A stretch of DNA of 52,509 nt from a virus. Its lineage: Duplodnaviria; Caudoviricetes. Position numbers and translations under genes: made by a program. A model generated the notes under the pieces. It worked only from the letters and a program-made list of their open reading frames with translations. It made no database searches and was not told where the DNA came from. The stretch is from positions 1 to 52,509 of IMG/VR virus record IMGVR_UViG_3300011403_000015; one strand, written 5' to 3'. Of this stretch, positions 1-7,300 are shown in pieces (the stretch's first letter is position 1; every line of letters starts with the position of its first letter).

Positions 1-40
1 GGCAGGGCAGGCAGGGCAGGCAGGGCAGGCAGGGGCAAGG
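1..40 (+). repeat. 9-bp tandem repeat (GGGCAGGCA)n at the left end, matching a G-quadruplex pattern
   Basis: GGG-CAGGCA-GGG-CAGGCA-GGG-CAGGCA-GGGG read directly at 5-35. Confidence 0.85.
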
Positions 41-61
41 CAAACCAACACGGCAGGCAAA

Positions 62-215
62 ATAAGAAAATTTGCATAGCAGTTTTGCAAAAACAAATTT
101 CGTTGCAGTTTTTGCAAAACAAATCTCGTGGCAAAAAACCACAAACAAATCTCGTAAGCAAAAACCAAAACCAAAATCTGGTAGCAGTTTTTGTAAAACA
201 AATCTCAAGCAAAGG
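62..215 (+). repeat. Array of ~6 degenerate 26-27-bp direct repeats (consensus ~AAAACAAATCTCGTAGCAGTTTTTGC)
   Basis: AAAT(C/T)T cores start at 68, 95, 121, 147, 174 and 200 (spacing 27, 26, 26, 27, 26). Confidence 0.75.
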
Positions 216-221
216 TAAAAC

Positions 222-458
222 ATGAAACGCAAAAATATGTACGTAGGTAAGCAAGTTCAGATTAATGTTAACGGCACACTTACCACAGGTATAATCTCAC
301 ACCTGTACCCTAACCTTAAATCTGAACTACAGCAACAGGTAGAAATAGATGTACTGCACAATGGGCAATTCTTAAGCCTAACATTGTACGCCTATCAAAT
401 CTACGCTGTGCCACATATTACCACCAACAAATCTGACCCATACGTACAAATTGCCTAA
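222..458 (+). CDS. hypothetical early protein
   Basis: 78-aa ORF with AAAGG RBS upstream; followed by a double-hairpin element like the other early genes. Confidence 0.6.
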   Translation: MKRKNMYVGKQVQINVNGTLTTGIISHLYPNLKSELQQQVEIDVLHNGQFLSLTLYAYQIYAVPHITTNKSDPYVQIA

Positions 459-471
459 CAACAATCTGCAA

Positions 472-529
472 ACTAGGTTGCACAAATCTCGCAAGGTTTG
501 TGCAACATAGTGTGCAAATCTGTTGCACA
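472..529 (+). promoter_or_regulatory. Intergenic double-hairpin element, copy 1
   Basis: GTTGCACAAATCT-cgca-AGGTTTGTGCAAC, then after ATAG a second stem TGTGCAA-atctg-TTGCACA. Confidence 0.7.
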
Positions 530-556
530 ATAAACCAAAATCAAATCGGAGGCAAT

Positions 557-892
557 ATGTTTACATCTGAAGAGCAAGCGCAACACGCAATCAACAGCGC
601 AAAGTTGCACAATCTGCTTGCCCCTGTATATGCAGAATACGAACCCTACCTAGCGTATCTTCGGACTTTACCATTTTCCGAAATATGTGCTGCCGTAGGG
701 CAAGTAGTACCAGATTTTGTATATGCAGAATTTCTTGCCGCTATGGTACGTTGCTACCCAAAACAAGATGGTGGTACGTACACGCAAGAAGAAACGGTTA
801 ACCACCTACTTGCTTATCTGAGTGACTGGCTGGTTGACCTAGATTGTGATGCAACAGGCTTACTTACTTCCGAATTAGCTAAAAGGCAATAG
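557..892 (+). CDS. hypothetical early protein
   Basis: ORF 500..892; ATG at 557 follows GGAGG. Confidence 0.7.
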   Translation: MFTSEEQAQHAINSAKLHNLLAPVYAEYEPYLAYLRTLPFSEICAAVGQVVPDFVYAEFLAAMVRCYPKQDGGTYTQEETVNHLLAYLSDWLVDLDCDATGLLTSELAKRQ

Positions 893-896
893 GTAA

Positions 897-953
897 ACTA
901 GGCTACATCAGAAAGCAATACTGGTGTAGCATAGTGTACAGGATTGCTGTACA
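897..953 (+). promoter_or_regulatory. Intergenic double-hairpin element, copy 2
   Basis: GCTACATCAG...CTGGTGTAGC, ATAG, then TGTACAG-gattg-CTGTACA. Confidence 0.7.
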
Positions 954-985
954 ATAAAACAATTACAAATCAGAAAGGCAATATT

Positions 986-1468
986 ATGTACATGGATCTA
1001 TGGGTTGCTACCGATGGGATTACTACGGTACGCTTTTCCGACCGCCAAAGCGCAGAAGTTTACTGCGCCCAAACAGGATGGCAAACATCTGACCTTTGGT
1101 GTATACGGCAGCAACTAATCGTAACACCAGATGGGGAAAGCGCAACAGTAGAACCCTGGTGCAGTCGGATGGACCCAGATGTAGATACAGAAGTACAGGG
1201 TACATGGCTAGATCATGTGTTTGTACCGCCTGCAAATTCTGTAGCAGAAGGCATGAGCGAAGATGATCTACCTGTAACCTACAGTTCTGAATATCTACGC
1301 CAGCTAGGTAGCATATCGGAAAGGCTAGGTTGGGATTTTCGTGACCTGGCTGCAACAGAACCCACTATTTACAACAATCTAGTGGCTTACGTTAAAAAGT
1401 GCGATGCAAAGAGCAAGAAACCTACACTAAAAGAAGCAGAAAAAATTGTGGGTAGGTACGCTAGTTAA
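986..1468 (+). CDS. hypothetical early protein
   Basis: ORF 944..1468; ATG at 986 follows AGAAAGG RBS. Confidence 0.7.
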   Translation: MYMDLWVATDGITTVRFSDRQSAEVYCAQTGWQTSDLWCIRQQLIVTPDGESATVEPWCSRMDPDVDTEVQGTWLDHVFVPPANSVAEGMSEDDLPVTYSSEYLRQLGSISERLGWDFRDLAATEPTIYNNLVAYVKKCDAKSKKPTLKEAEKIVGRYAS

Positions 1469-1480
1469 TCAGATTGCCAG

Positions 1481-1543
1481 GTAAGGGTACGGCACACAAT
1501 CAGAAGGGTGTGCCGTTACCTTACTTTACAATCGGTAAAGTAA
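1481..1543 (+). promoter_or_regulatory. Intergenic double-hairpin element, copy 3
   Basis: GTAAGGGTACGGCACAC...GTGTGCCGTTACCTTAC overlapping TTACTTTAC-aatcg-GTAAAGTAA. Confidence 0.7.
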
Positions 1544-1573
1544 CACAAACAAAAGTCAGAAAGGCTTACAAAT

Positions 1574-1921
1574 ATGAATCAAATAGCAAGATGTAGGGCT
1601 GCTGCCGTTCGCTTTGTTGCGCCACAGGTACAAGAAAAGTTAAATCTTTCACCTGCTACGTTCGCAACACAGCTACCACCAGATTTTAGGCGGCAATTCG
1701 GACGGTACATAATCACAATTGAACCTATCCGATATGTGCAAGGCATAGAATGTGGTGGGCATTTTATAGCAGAACGCTACTATCCAGGTTCTAATTGGCC
1801 TACTAACCCAATCTTTGCAGATACATTAGGCGAGATTTGCGCCTACATCAAGTTTCGTAGTTTGTATTACCGTACAATAGATGCACGCCACCGCTGGCTT
1901 CTAGATGTATACCCCGCATAA
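1574..1921 (+). CDS. hypothetical early protein
   Basis: 115-aa ORF, AGAAAGG RBS. Confidence 0.7.
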   Translation: MNQIARCRAAAVRFVAPQVQEKLNLSPATFATQLPPDFRRQFGRYIITIEPIRYVQGIECGGHFIAERYYPGSNWPTNPIFADTLGEICAYIKFRSLYYRTIDARHRWLLDVYPA

Positions 1922-1935
1922 ATAAGATTGCAGGC

Positions 1936-1991
1936 AAAGGGTACGGCACACAATCAGATGTGCCGTTACCTTTATCTACAATTGTAGGTAA
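1936..1991 (+). promoter_or_regulatory. Intergenic double-hairpin element, copy 4
   Basis: Shares AGGGTACGGCACACAATCAGA and TGTGCCGTTACCTT with copy 3; second stem ATCTAC-aatt-GTAGGT. Confidence 0.7.
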
Positions 1992-2025
1992 TAACACAAT
2001 CAAAGTTCAGAAAGGCTTTATACAA

Positions 2026-2301
2026 ATGTCAGAATATCCATTGGTTGCCGTACCCCACTTACATGAAGACCAATTCATGGAAGGGGATGGGGATATGGGT
2101 TTTGCCGTACATCCGATGGCTGGCTATGGTACAATCATAGTTAGCGTGGATGGATGGGATTGCCCGTTGCAATTCTTCCGAGTAGACGGCATGGGTAGCT
2201 ATCAGGTTTACGAATACGTAAACGAAGAGTTTGGTGTAATCTGCTACATGGTTAATCTATCAGAGTTTGCCACTGTAGTACCTGTATCGCAAGAAGTGTA
2301 A
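2026..2301 (+). CDS. hypothetical early protein (acidic)
   Basis: ORF 1960..2301; ATG at 2026 follows AGAAAGG. Confidence 0.7.
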   Translation: MSEYPLVAVPHLHEDQFMEGDGDMGFAVHPMAGYGTIIVSVDGWDCPLQFFRVDGMGSYQVYEYVNEEFGVICYMVNLSEFATVVPVSQEV

Positions 2302-2307
2302 TCACGC

Positions 2308-2369
2308 ACACGATACGGCACAACCCCCACATTCTGTTGTGCCGTATAGTGTACAGGATTGCTGTACAC
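2308..2369 (+). promoter_or_regulatory. Intergenic double-hairpin element, copy 5
   Basis: ATACGGCACAAC...GTTGTGCCGTAT; ATAGTGTACAGGATTGCTGTACA is identical to copy 2. Confidence 0.7.
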
Positions 2370-2402
2370 GATCTTTCCAACAAATCTCGAGAAAGGGATA
2401 CC

Positions 2403-2684
2403 ATGCACTACGTAATGTACAAAGAAGCTGATGGCAACAGTGAACCAGAAGTTCTGTTTGCAGGTTCACGAGACAAGGCTATCGGTTACTACGAAGGCTT
2501 TGTAGATGCAATCCAAAGGATGGGCAACCATACACCAGATTTTCGGTTGGTTAAAGACCCAGATGTTGATCTTCGGATAGCACGCATATACTTCTATGCT
2601 AAAGATAATCCTGGTTATGCCTTCAACTTATGGGTTAAGAATTTAGAACTTCCGCATTCTTATAAGTACCAACATAAGGAATAG
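2403..2684 (+). CDS. hypothetical protein, paralogue of 5422..5679
   Basis: ATG at 2403 follows GAAAGGG; YVMYK..VLFAGS..YEGFVDAI..LWV aligns with YDVLYK..TLYTGS..TQAYIDSV..LWI. Confidence 0.7.
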   Translation: MHYVMYKEADGNSEPEVLFAGSRDKAIGYYEGFVDAIQRMGNHTPDFRLVKDPDVDLRIARIYFYAKDNPGYAFNLWVKNLELPHSYKYQHKE

Positions 2685-2687
2685 GAA

Positions 2688-2765
2688 ATGCTTCCAATCC
2701 CGTGGGAATTTGCTGTAATCGTAATTGTAGTTATCTTATGTCTATTGTGGGGCCGTAAGGTTTAG
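2688..2765 (+). CDS. 25-aa single-TM membrane peptide (not in ORF track)
   Basis: MLPIPWEFAVIVIVVILCLLWGRKV*; AAGGA upstream; fills the gap between a gene and a hairpin element. Confidence 0.5.
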   Translation: MLPIPWEFAVIVIVVILCLLWGRKV

Positions 2766-2771
2766 GCGCAA

Positions 2772-2826
2772 ACTAGATGCTATCACCTGATCAGATGGTA
2801 GCATTTAGTGTGCGAATAGACGCACA
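2772..2826 (+). promoter_or_regulatory. Intergenic double-hairpin element, copy 6
   Basis: CTAGATGCTATCA...TGGTAGCATTTAG then TGTGCG-aataga-CGCACA. Confidence 0.7.
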
Positions 2827-2842
2827 ATATCTTATTAGCTAG

Positions 2843-2858
2843 GTTTCAAGAAAGGAAC
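2843..2858 (+). promoter_or_regulatory. Start-associated sequence GTTTCAAGAAAGGAAC (extended RBS), also at ~4683 and ~5750
   Basis: Identical 16-mer 4-7 nt upstream of ATGs at 2864, 4703 and 5772. Confidence 0.7.
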
Positions 2859-2863
2859 CAAAC

Positions 2864-3367
2864 ATGAACGCCAACACCACCACGATCAAGTTCCCTCGCT
2901 TCAAGAAGGATGGGATCGTCGCCAATGCCGTTAAAAACCATGAAGATTATATGGCTCGGCAGAAGGTACGGTTCTCGTTCATCAAGCAAGCGGCACGCAT
3001 GATCGATGAGAGCTGGTTGCCTGAAGATAGCCGTTTCTACGTAGAAACCTACGGCATGACCATCTACATTCCTTGGTCAAAGGCTAATCTTATTAAGGCA
3101 CGCAAGGCTATCGGAGCTGGCTGGAAGTACGATAGCCAATACCAGAACGATAATGGTACGCTGACCAAGAATTATCATATGTACTTGGAAAGCGAATACA
3201 TTAGCTTGACTCTGGTAATGGATGCAGAGAAGTTGGTCGAAGGTACTTGCAAGAAGGTCTTAGTGGAAAGCAAGACCGAGATGGTGCAAGTCACACGGCA
3301 GACCTACAAAGTCATCTGCGAAGATGGCACGGAAATGATGGAAGTAGAAACAGAACGCAACGTGTAG
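2864..3367 (+). CDS. hypothetical protein
   Basis: 167-aa ORF with strong RBS. Confidence 0.8.
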   Translation: MNANTTTIKFPRFKKDGIVANAVKNHEDYMARQKVRFSFIKQAARMIDESWLPEDSRFYVETYGMTIYIPWSKANLIKARKAIGAGWKYDSQYQNDNGTLTKNYHMYLESEYISLTLVMDAEKLVEGTCKKVLVESKTEMVQVTRQTYKVICEDGTEMMEVETERNV

Positions 3368-3373
3368 CAGAGG

Positions 3374-3447
3374 ACGGCACACCCATGATCTCGTGGGTGG
3401 GCCGTAATGCGCCTTCCACTCGGAAGCTGGTTCCAAGTCCAGGCACA
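3374..3447 (+). promoter_or_regulatory. Intergenic hairpin element, copy 7 (second domain expanded and branched)
   Basis: ACGGCACACCCATGA-tc-TCGTGGGTGGGCCGT then TGCGCCT...AGGCACA enclosing two small stems. Confidence 0.55.
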
Positions 3448-3469
3448 TTATTACCCAGAAAGGTATAAC

Positions 3470-3724
3470 ATGAAAGAAGAAGAAGGTACGTATCTTCTGC
3501 AATTCCAGTTCGATGAGGCAATAGACATGGAAACAGAATGGTTCTACCATTTGCAACATGCTCTGGTACGCCTTACTCGCTTGAGTCAGATGCACCCTAA
3601 CTATCTGGTAGCTTGTATCTTGTTCCAGGCTAGGGATGGTGCGCTATTCGATGTATGTGAATTTAATGTTCGGATAGGCTATGGCTTTGAAACTGAAAGG
3701 ATCCCCTATGCTACGGAATTGTAG
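3470..3724 (+). CDS. hypothetical protein
   Basis: ORF 3407..3724; ATG at 3470 follows AGAAAGG. Confidence 0.65.
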   Translation: MKEEEGTYLLQFQFDEAIDMETEWFYHLQHALVRLTRLSQMHPNYLVACILFQARDGALFDVCEFNVRIGYGFETERIPYATEL

Positions 3725-3989
3725 TGCAGATACGCTGTACGGCAAAGCGGATGATAGGCTTTCTCGCATCTCTTCAGCGATGCTGCATTTAGCACAAGCA
3801 GAGCAGCAAAGTTGGGAAGATCACCGTTTAATGCAAGCTCCAGCGGAATGTTGGGTAAGCGTAAAACGAGATTACGAAAGCAAGAAAACTCTAATCTTCT
3901 TTGCAGTAGGGTTGGATGAAACCGAATGGCTTGTTGCCGTAAGGGAACGCACCAGTGAACGATGGGTCTATTACAACTTACCATTTTAG
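3708..3989 (+). CDS. hypothetical protein
   Basis: ORF 3681..3989; ATG at 3708 follows GAAAGGA. Confidence 0.6.
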   Translation: MLRNCSADTLYGKADDRLSRISSAMLHLAQAEQQSWEDHRLMQAPAECWVSVKRDYESKKTLIFFAVGLDETEWLVAVRERTSERWVYYNLPF

Positions 3990-4001
3990 GAGATTACAAT
4001 C

Positions 4002-4283
4002 ATGGCAGAAGTACAGGAAATGGATCAGTGGGAACGGGATGACCTACGAAAAGCAGCCCGACAGGAATACGAGAATAATATTCTCAAGAATCTACGGGAT
4101 GCAGTAGCAGATGCCTACGTACCTCTCTTCCCGCCGATGGCCCCGACCAATGTAAGCCCAAAAATCGAAAGATTGCTGGCTTACCTTACCTATGCGATCA
4201 CCTTGCACTTAGATGATCATGAGGATGGTTGGTGGGAAGATGAGGATACCATTCAGGAATTTGACACGCTGTTCTTAGGATAA
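4002..4283 (+). CDS. hypothetical acidic protein
   Basis: AGGAG RBS, 93 aa. Confidence 0.7.
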   Translation: MAEVQEMDQWERDDLRKAARQEYENNILKNLRDAVADAYVPLFPPMAPTNVSPKIERLLAYLTYAITLHLDDHEDGWWEDEDTIQEFDTLFLG

Positions 4284-4295
4284 TGAGGGTCTAAA

Positions 4296-4568
4296 ATGTT
4301 CTTGTTTCTCGGTCTAGCTCTGTGGCTGCTCTGCGCCAAGATCTGCTCAGTGTTGGCAAGTAATCGTGGAAGAGACCCAGTTCTATGGTTTTTCTTGGGA
4401 CTCTTCTTCGGTATATTTCCAATATTTGCGCTGCTGATCATGGCAGAAAATGAAGATAGGCTGGCTTCGCAAGCGGCGGTAGTTCGATCTTTATCTGCGC
4501 CACGAGAACCCCAACCCGTAAAGAAGAAAAGCTATACTCCTGTTTCTAGCCCACGCTGGCCTGAATAG
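4296..4568 (+). CDS. membrane protein with two TM helices
   Basis: Hydrophobic segments flanking ASNRGRDPVLWFFLGLFFG. Confidence 0.7.
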   Translation: MFLFLGLALWLLCAKICSVLASNRGRDPVLWFFLGLFFGIFPIFALLIMAENEDRLASQAAVVRSLSAPREPQPVKKKSYTPVSSPRWPE

Positions 4569-4604
4569 GATGCAGAGTCCGGCAGCACATCCTAAAAGAT
4601 GTGT

Positions 4605-4633
4605 TTGCCGTAATGCAGGTCTCGTGGTATAAT
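4605..4633 (+). promoter_or_regulatory. sigma70-type promoter
   Basis: TTGCCG-N17-TATAAT with TG extended -10. Confidence 0.7.
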
Positions 4634-4702
4634 GAGTCTACGGGACAAGGTGACAACTCCTTAAGAAGCATAGTCTTAGCTAGTTTCAAGAAAGGAACTA
4701 CA

Positions 4703-5014
4703 ATGTTTAATCCCAAGATCCAAAAGTTAATTAAGGATCAAATGGCTGCGGATGATCATCTTCCTGCCTACGCTTGGCCTGGAGGCTATCCATTGTTCTA
4801 TATGGATGAGGAGAACAATGTTCTCTGCCCTAGATGTGCGTGGAAAGACAAAGATGATGAATACCGCATCATTACAGATTACGAAATTAACTGGGAAGAT
4901 TCTACTTTGTACTGCGAAGAATGCAACGATCTCATAGAAAGTGCTTACGGCACAGACGATGAGGAAGAGCAAACCGCAGAATGGAATGATATGCACATGG
5001 CGGAGGACGACTAA
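4703..5014 (+). CDS. hypothetical protein with CxxC pairs and acidic C-terminus
   Basis: AYAWPGGYPLFY...LCPRCA...YCEECND; ATG at 4703 follows the extended RBS. Confidence 0.75.
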   Translation: MFNPKIQKLIKDQMAADDHLPAYAWPGGYPLFYMDEENNVLCPRCAWKDKDDEYRIITDYEINWEDSTLYCEECNDLIESAYGTDDEEEQTAEWNDMHMAEDD

Positions 5015-5015
5015 A

Positions 5016-5429
5016 ATGCGAAAGGTCGCTATCCACCCAACATATCGCAACATGACGGATGCACAACTTAAAGAGTATATCCGCCACAAACTTGAATCCC
5101 ATCCACATTGGGCAAGACGTGCGCTCTTAGCGTTATATGATGAGCAAACGGATGCTGAAAAGGAAGATCCCACCGTCCACGAAAGTAACGGTTACGGATT
5201 TTCCCCACAGGATCAGGAATTTCTCACATCCCTAGCGCAGCAAGCTCTGCGAGAGCAAACCTTCTCGATGAAGCAATTGGGTTGGCTCTACACTCTTCTT
5301 CCTAAGTATTCGGGTCAGTTAGTAAAACTGATACGGCAGCAACAAACGGAAGAAGAAATAGAAATAGATCTTAATCGTGAAAGACAATGGGAAAAACAAG
5401 ATGATGACGAGGGAAATGCAAATGTCTAA
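5016..5429 (+). CDS. hypothetical phage protein
   Basis: ORF 4941..5429; ATG at 5016 follows GGAGGA, just after the previous stop. Confidence 0.7.
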   Translation: MRKVAIHPTYRNMTDAQLKEYIRHKLESHPHWARRALLALYDEQTDAEKEDPTVHESNGYGFSPQDQEFLTSLAQQALREQTFSMKQLGWLYTLLPKYSGQLVKLIRQQQTEEEIEIDLNRERQWEKQDDDEGNANV

Positions 5430-5679
5430 TCCAACACCTTACGATGTACTGTATAAGTCAGACAAAGACGACAGTACAGAAACTCTGTATACGGGAAGTT
5501 GGGATGAATGCTGTGTCTATACGCAAGCCTATATAGATTCAGTTATAACTCATACTAGCTATAAGTATCTAAGCACAGAAGATGTAACTGTACCAACAGA
5601 ATACGATGTAGTGTTAATGTTCCGCTCACCTTTGGTATCACAACCTGATTTCTTCCTTTGGATAGATCAGGCAGCATAG
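5422..5679 (+). CDS. hypothetical protein, paralogue of 2403..2684
   Basis: ORF 5377..5679, likely start 5422; similarity visible by eye. Confidence 0.65.
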   Translation: MSNPTPYDVLYKSDKDDSTETLYTGSWDECCVYTQAYIDSVITHTSYKYLSTEDVTVPTEYDVVLMFRSPLVSQPDFFLWIDQAA

Positions 5680-5685
5680 TTCCAC

Positions 5686-5735
5686 ATAGGTTGCATCAGG
5701 ATCTGGTGCAACTTATTGTGTAGATATGCTACACA
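5686..5735 (+). promoter_or_regulatory. Intergenic double-hairpin element, copy 8
   Basis: ATAGGTTGCATCAG-gat-CTGGTGCAACTTAT then TGTGTAG-atatg-CTACACA. Confidence 0.7.
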
Positions 5736-5771
5736 TCAAAAACTATTTGGTTTCAAGAAAGGAACTACATC

Positions 5772-6803
5772 ATGGCACACAATCTTTTCAACGAACGCTT
5801 CTACTCCCTTCGCCAACCTGCTTGGCACGGACTAGGGAAGATCGGTGAAGAGGAACAGACGGCAACGGAGATCTTCAATGGGATGCAACCATACATTGTG
5901 ACTCTGGAACCTGTCTTCACAAAGGTTGGCAACATCAAGTTAGAGTTGCCTAATCGCGTGATCACTCGCCACCCGCTTCCTGACGACAACAACTTCCGCA
6001 GTTTTGGGATTGTTGGGCCGGAGTACACAATGGTAGATCCACTTCGCACTTGCGAAATCTGGGATGAATCTACCAAGAAGCCCGTTGAAACGCTCGGTGT
6101 TCTGGGGCAAGGTGAAAGCATCTTCATCACCACAAAGCTACCTTCTTTCCAGATTATGGGAAATGGTAGCGTAGCGGATGAGGTGGATAGCTATCTTCTC
6201 CTGCACAGTCCATATGGTGATGGCGCAATTCAAGTTCGTGTTACGCCAGTACGTGTGGTCTGTCAGAATACGTTGATTGCAGCGAAATCTGCCAGCACCG
6301 AGAGTTTCAGAATCATCCACGATAAGGACGTAGAAACACGTCTGTCTGGTTGGATGGAGGGCATTGTGCAACGTGCCGAGAAGAAGAGCGAATATCTAGC
6401 CGAATGCTTCAATTACATGGCTTCCACTACCATCGATGATGAGCAAGCAGAAGATGCTCTCAAGCGTATCTACGTGGATCCCCGTAAGCCTTCTTACGTT
6501 CCTGATCAAAGCGTTATGGAACGGCGGGAAAAGGCTTACGAAGCCAATCTAAAAGCGAACATCGGCTGGCGGGAGCGTGTTATGGAAGATTGGCAAGGTG
6601 AGGGCATGGGCATGGACTCAGACGTGCTGAAGGGTACGGTATGGGGTCTGTATAACGCTGTAGTGGAGATTGAAGACTATCGTCCTACAGTTGGCCCTAT
6701 CGGGGACAGTCGTCAGTGGAATACGCTTTTTGGAGATCGTAGCAAGACCAAAGAGCTGGCTTACGAGCAACTGTTCCAATACTCCATCGAGGCGAATACC
6801 TAA
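5772..6803 (+). CDS. DUF932 / TIGR03299-like phage-plasmid protein
   Basis: MAHN..AWHGLG N-terminus, TPVRVVCQNTL, GTVWGLYNAVVE motifs. Confidence 0.85.
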   Translation: MAHNLFNERFYSLRQPAWHGLGKIGEEEQTATEIFNGMQPYIVTLEPVFTKVGNIKLELPNRVITRHPLPDDNNFRSFGIVGPEYTMVDPLRTCEIWDESTKKPVETLGVLGQGESIFITTKLPSFQIMGNGSVADEVDSYLLLHSPYGDGAIQVRVTPVRVVCQNTLIAAKSASTESFRIIHDKDVETRLSGWMEGIVQRAEKKSEYLAECFNYMASTTIDDEQAEDALKRIYVDPRKPSYVPDQSVMERREKAYEANLKANIGWRERVMEDWQGEGMGMDSDVLKGTVWGLYNAVVEIEDYRPTVGPIGDSRQWNTLFGDRSKTKELAYEQLFQYSIEANT

Positions 6804-6804
6804 T

Positions 6805-7062
6805 ATGCCACGCTCAGGAACCCCACCACGCAAAAGTCACTACAGTCCACTAGAAATCAAGTACAAGTATGTCTTGGCTTGGTGCGTATTCGTGGATTCT
6901 CATGACTACTTTATCAAAAAGCAACTTACGGCAGCAGAGGAATCTAATGCGCCGAAGGATGCTTATTCCCAACGTCCGGATGGTACATGGCGCACATTGG
7001 ATGATATGCCTGACCAGAAGACGGCACAAGCTCTCAAGGAATGGGCTGCTTACGTCAAATAG
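6805..7062 (+). CDS. hypothetical protein
   Basis: ORF 6670..7062; ATG at 6805 directly after the DUF932 stop. Confidence 0.6.
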   Translation: MPRSGTPPRKSHYSPLEIKYKYVLAWCVFVDSHDYFIKKQLTAAEESNAPKDAYSQRPDGTWRTLDDMPDQKTAQALKEWAAYVK

Positions 7063-7072
7063 TTTGTAAGTT

Positions 7073-7130
7073 CAAACAGATAGCTCTCATGAAAATGGGA
7101 GCTATTTGTTTGCACTATACAATGTGCAAA
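7073..7130 (+). promoter_or_regulatory. Intergenic double-hairpin element, copy 9
   Basis: CAAACAGATAGCTCTCAT-gaaa-ATGGGAGCTATTTGTTTG overlapping TTGCAC-tatacaat-GTGCAA. Confidence 0.65.
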
Positions 7131-7278
7131 TTATAGCGTAGGGTATAGGCAAAACACCCGTTTTAAGGTTTTATACGCCTACAGTGTACGCTATAAAAAC
7201 ACCTATAGGGTGTTTTAAGTAGTACCCTACATAAAACACCTATACCCCTATTTTTACCCTTAAATAAAGGGTATAAAT
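7101..7278. other. GA/TC-free non-coding island with nested inverted repeats and 4 AAAACACC motifs (candidate origin or control region)
   Basis: No GA or TC in 178 bp; motif copies at 7151, 7196, 7209 (reverse) and 7233. Confidence 0.75.
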
Positions 7279-7300
7279 CTTTCCAAGAAAGGAAGCTAAA

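Noticed and set aside
62-215. Possible CRISPR array
   Set aside because: Repeats are contiguous and degenerate with no unique spacers, and there are no cas genes
3411-3447. tRNA suggested by the T-loop-like GGTTCCAAGTCC
   Set aside because: No acceptor stem, D-arm or anticodon arm of the right geometry; treated as a variant of the hairpin family
452-7130. Integron attC cassette array as an explanation for the hairpin elements
   Set aside because: One GCCTAAC is present near 453, but the elements lack consistent RYYYAAC...GTTRRRY ends and no tyrosine recombinase is encoded
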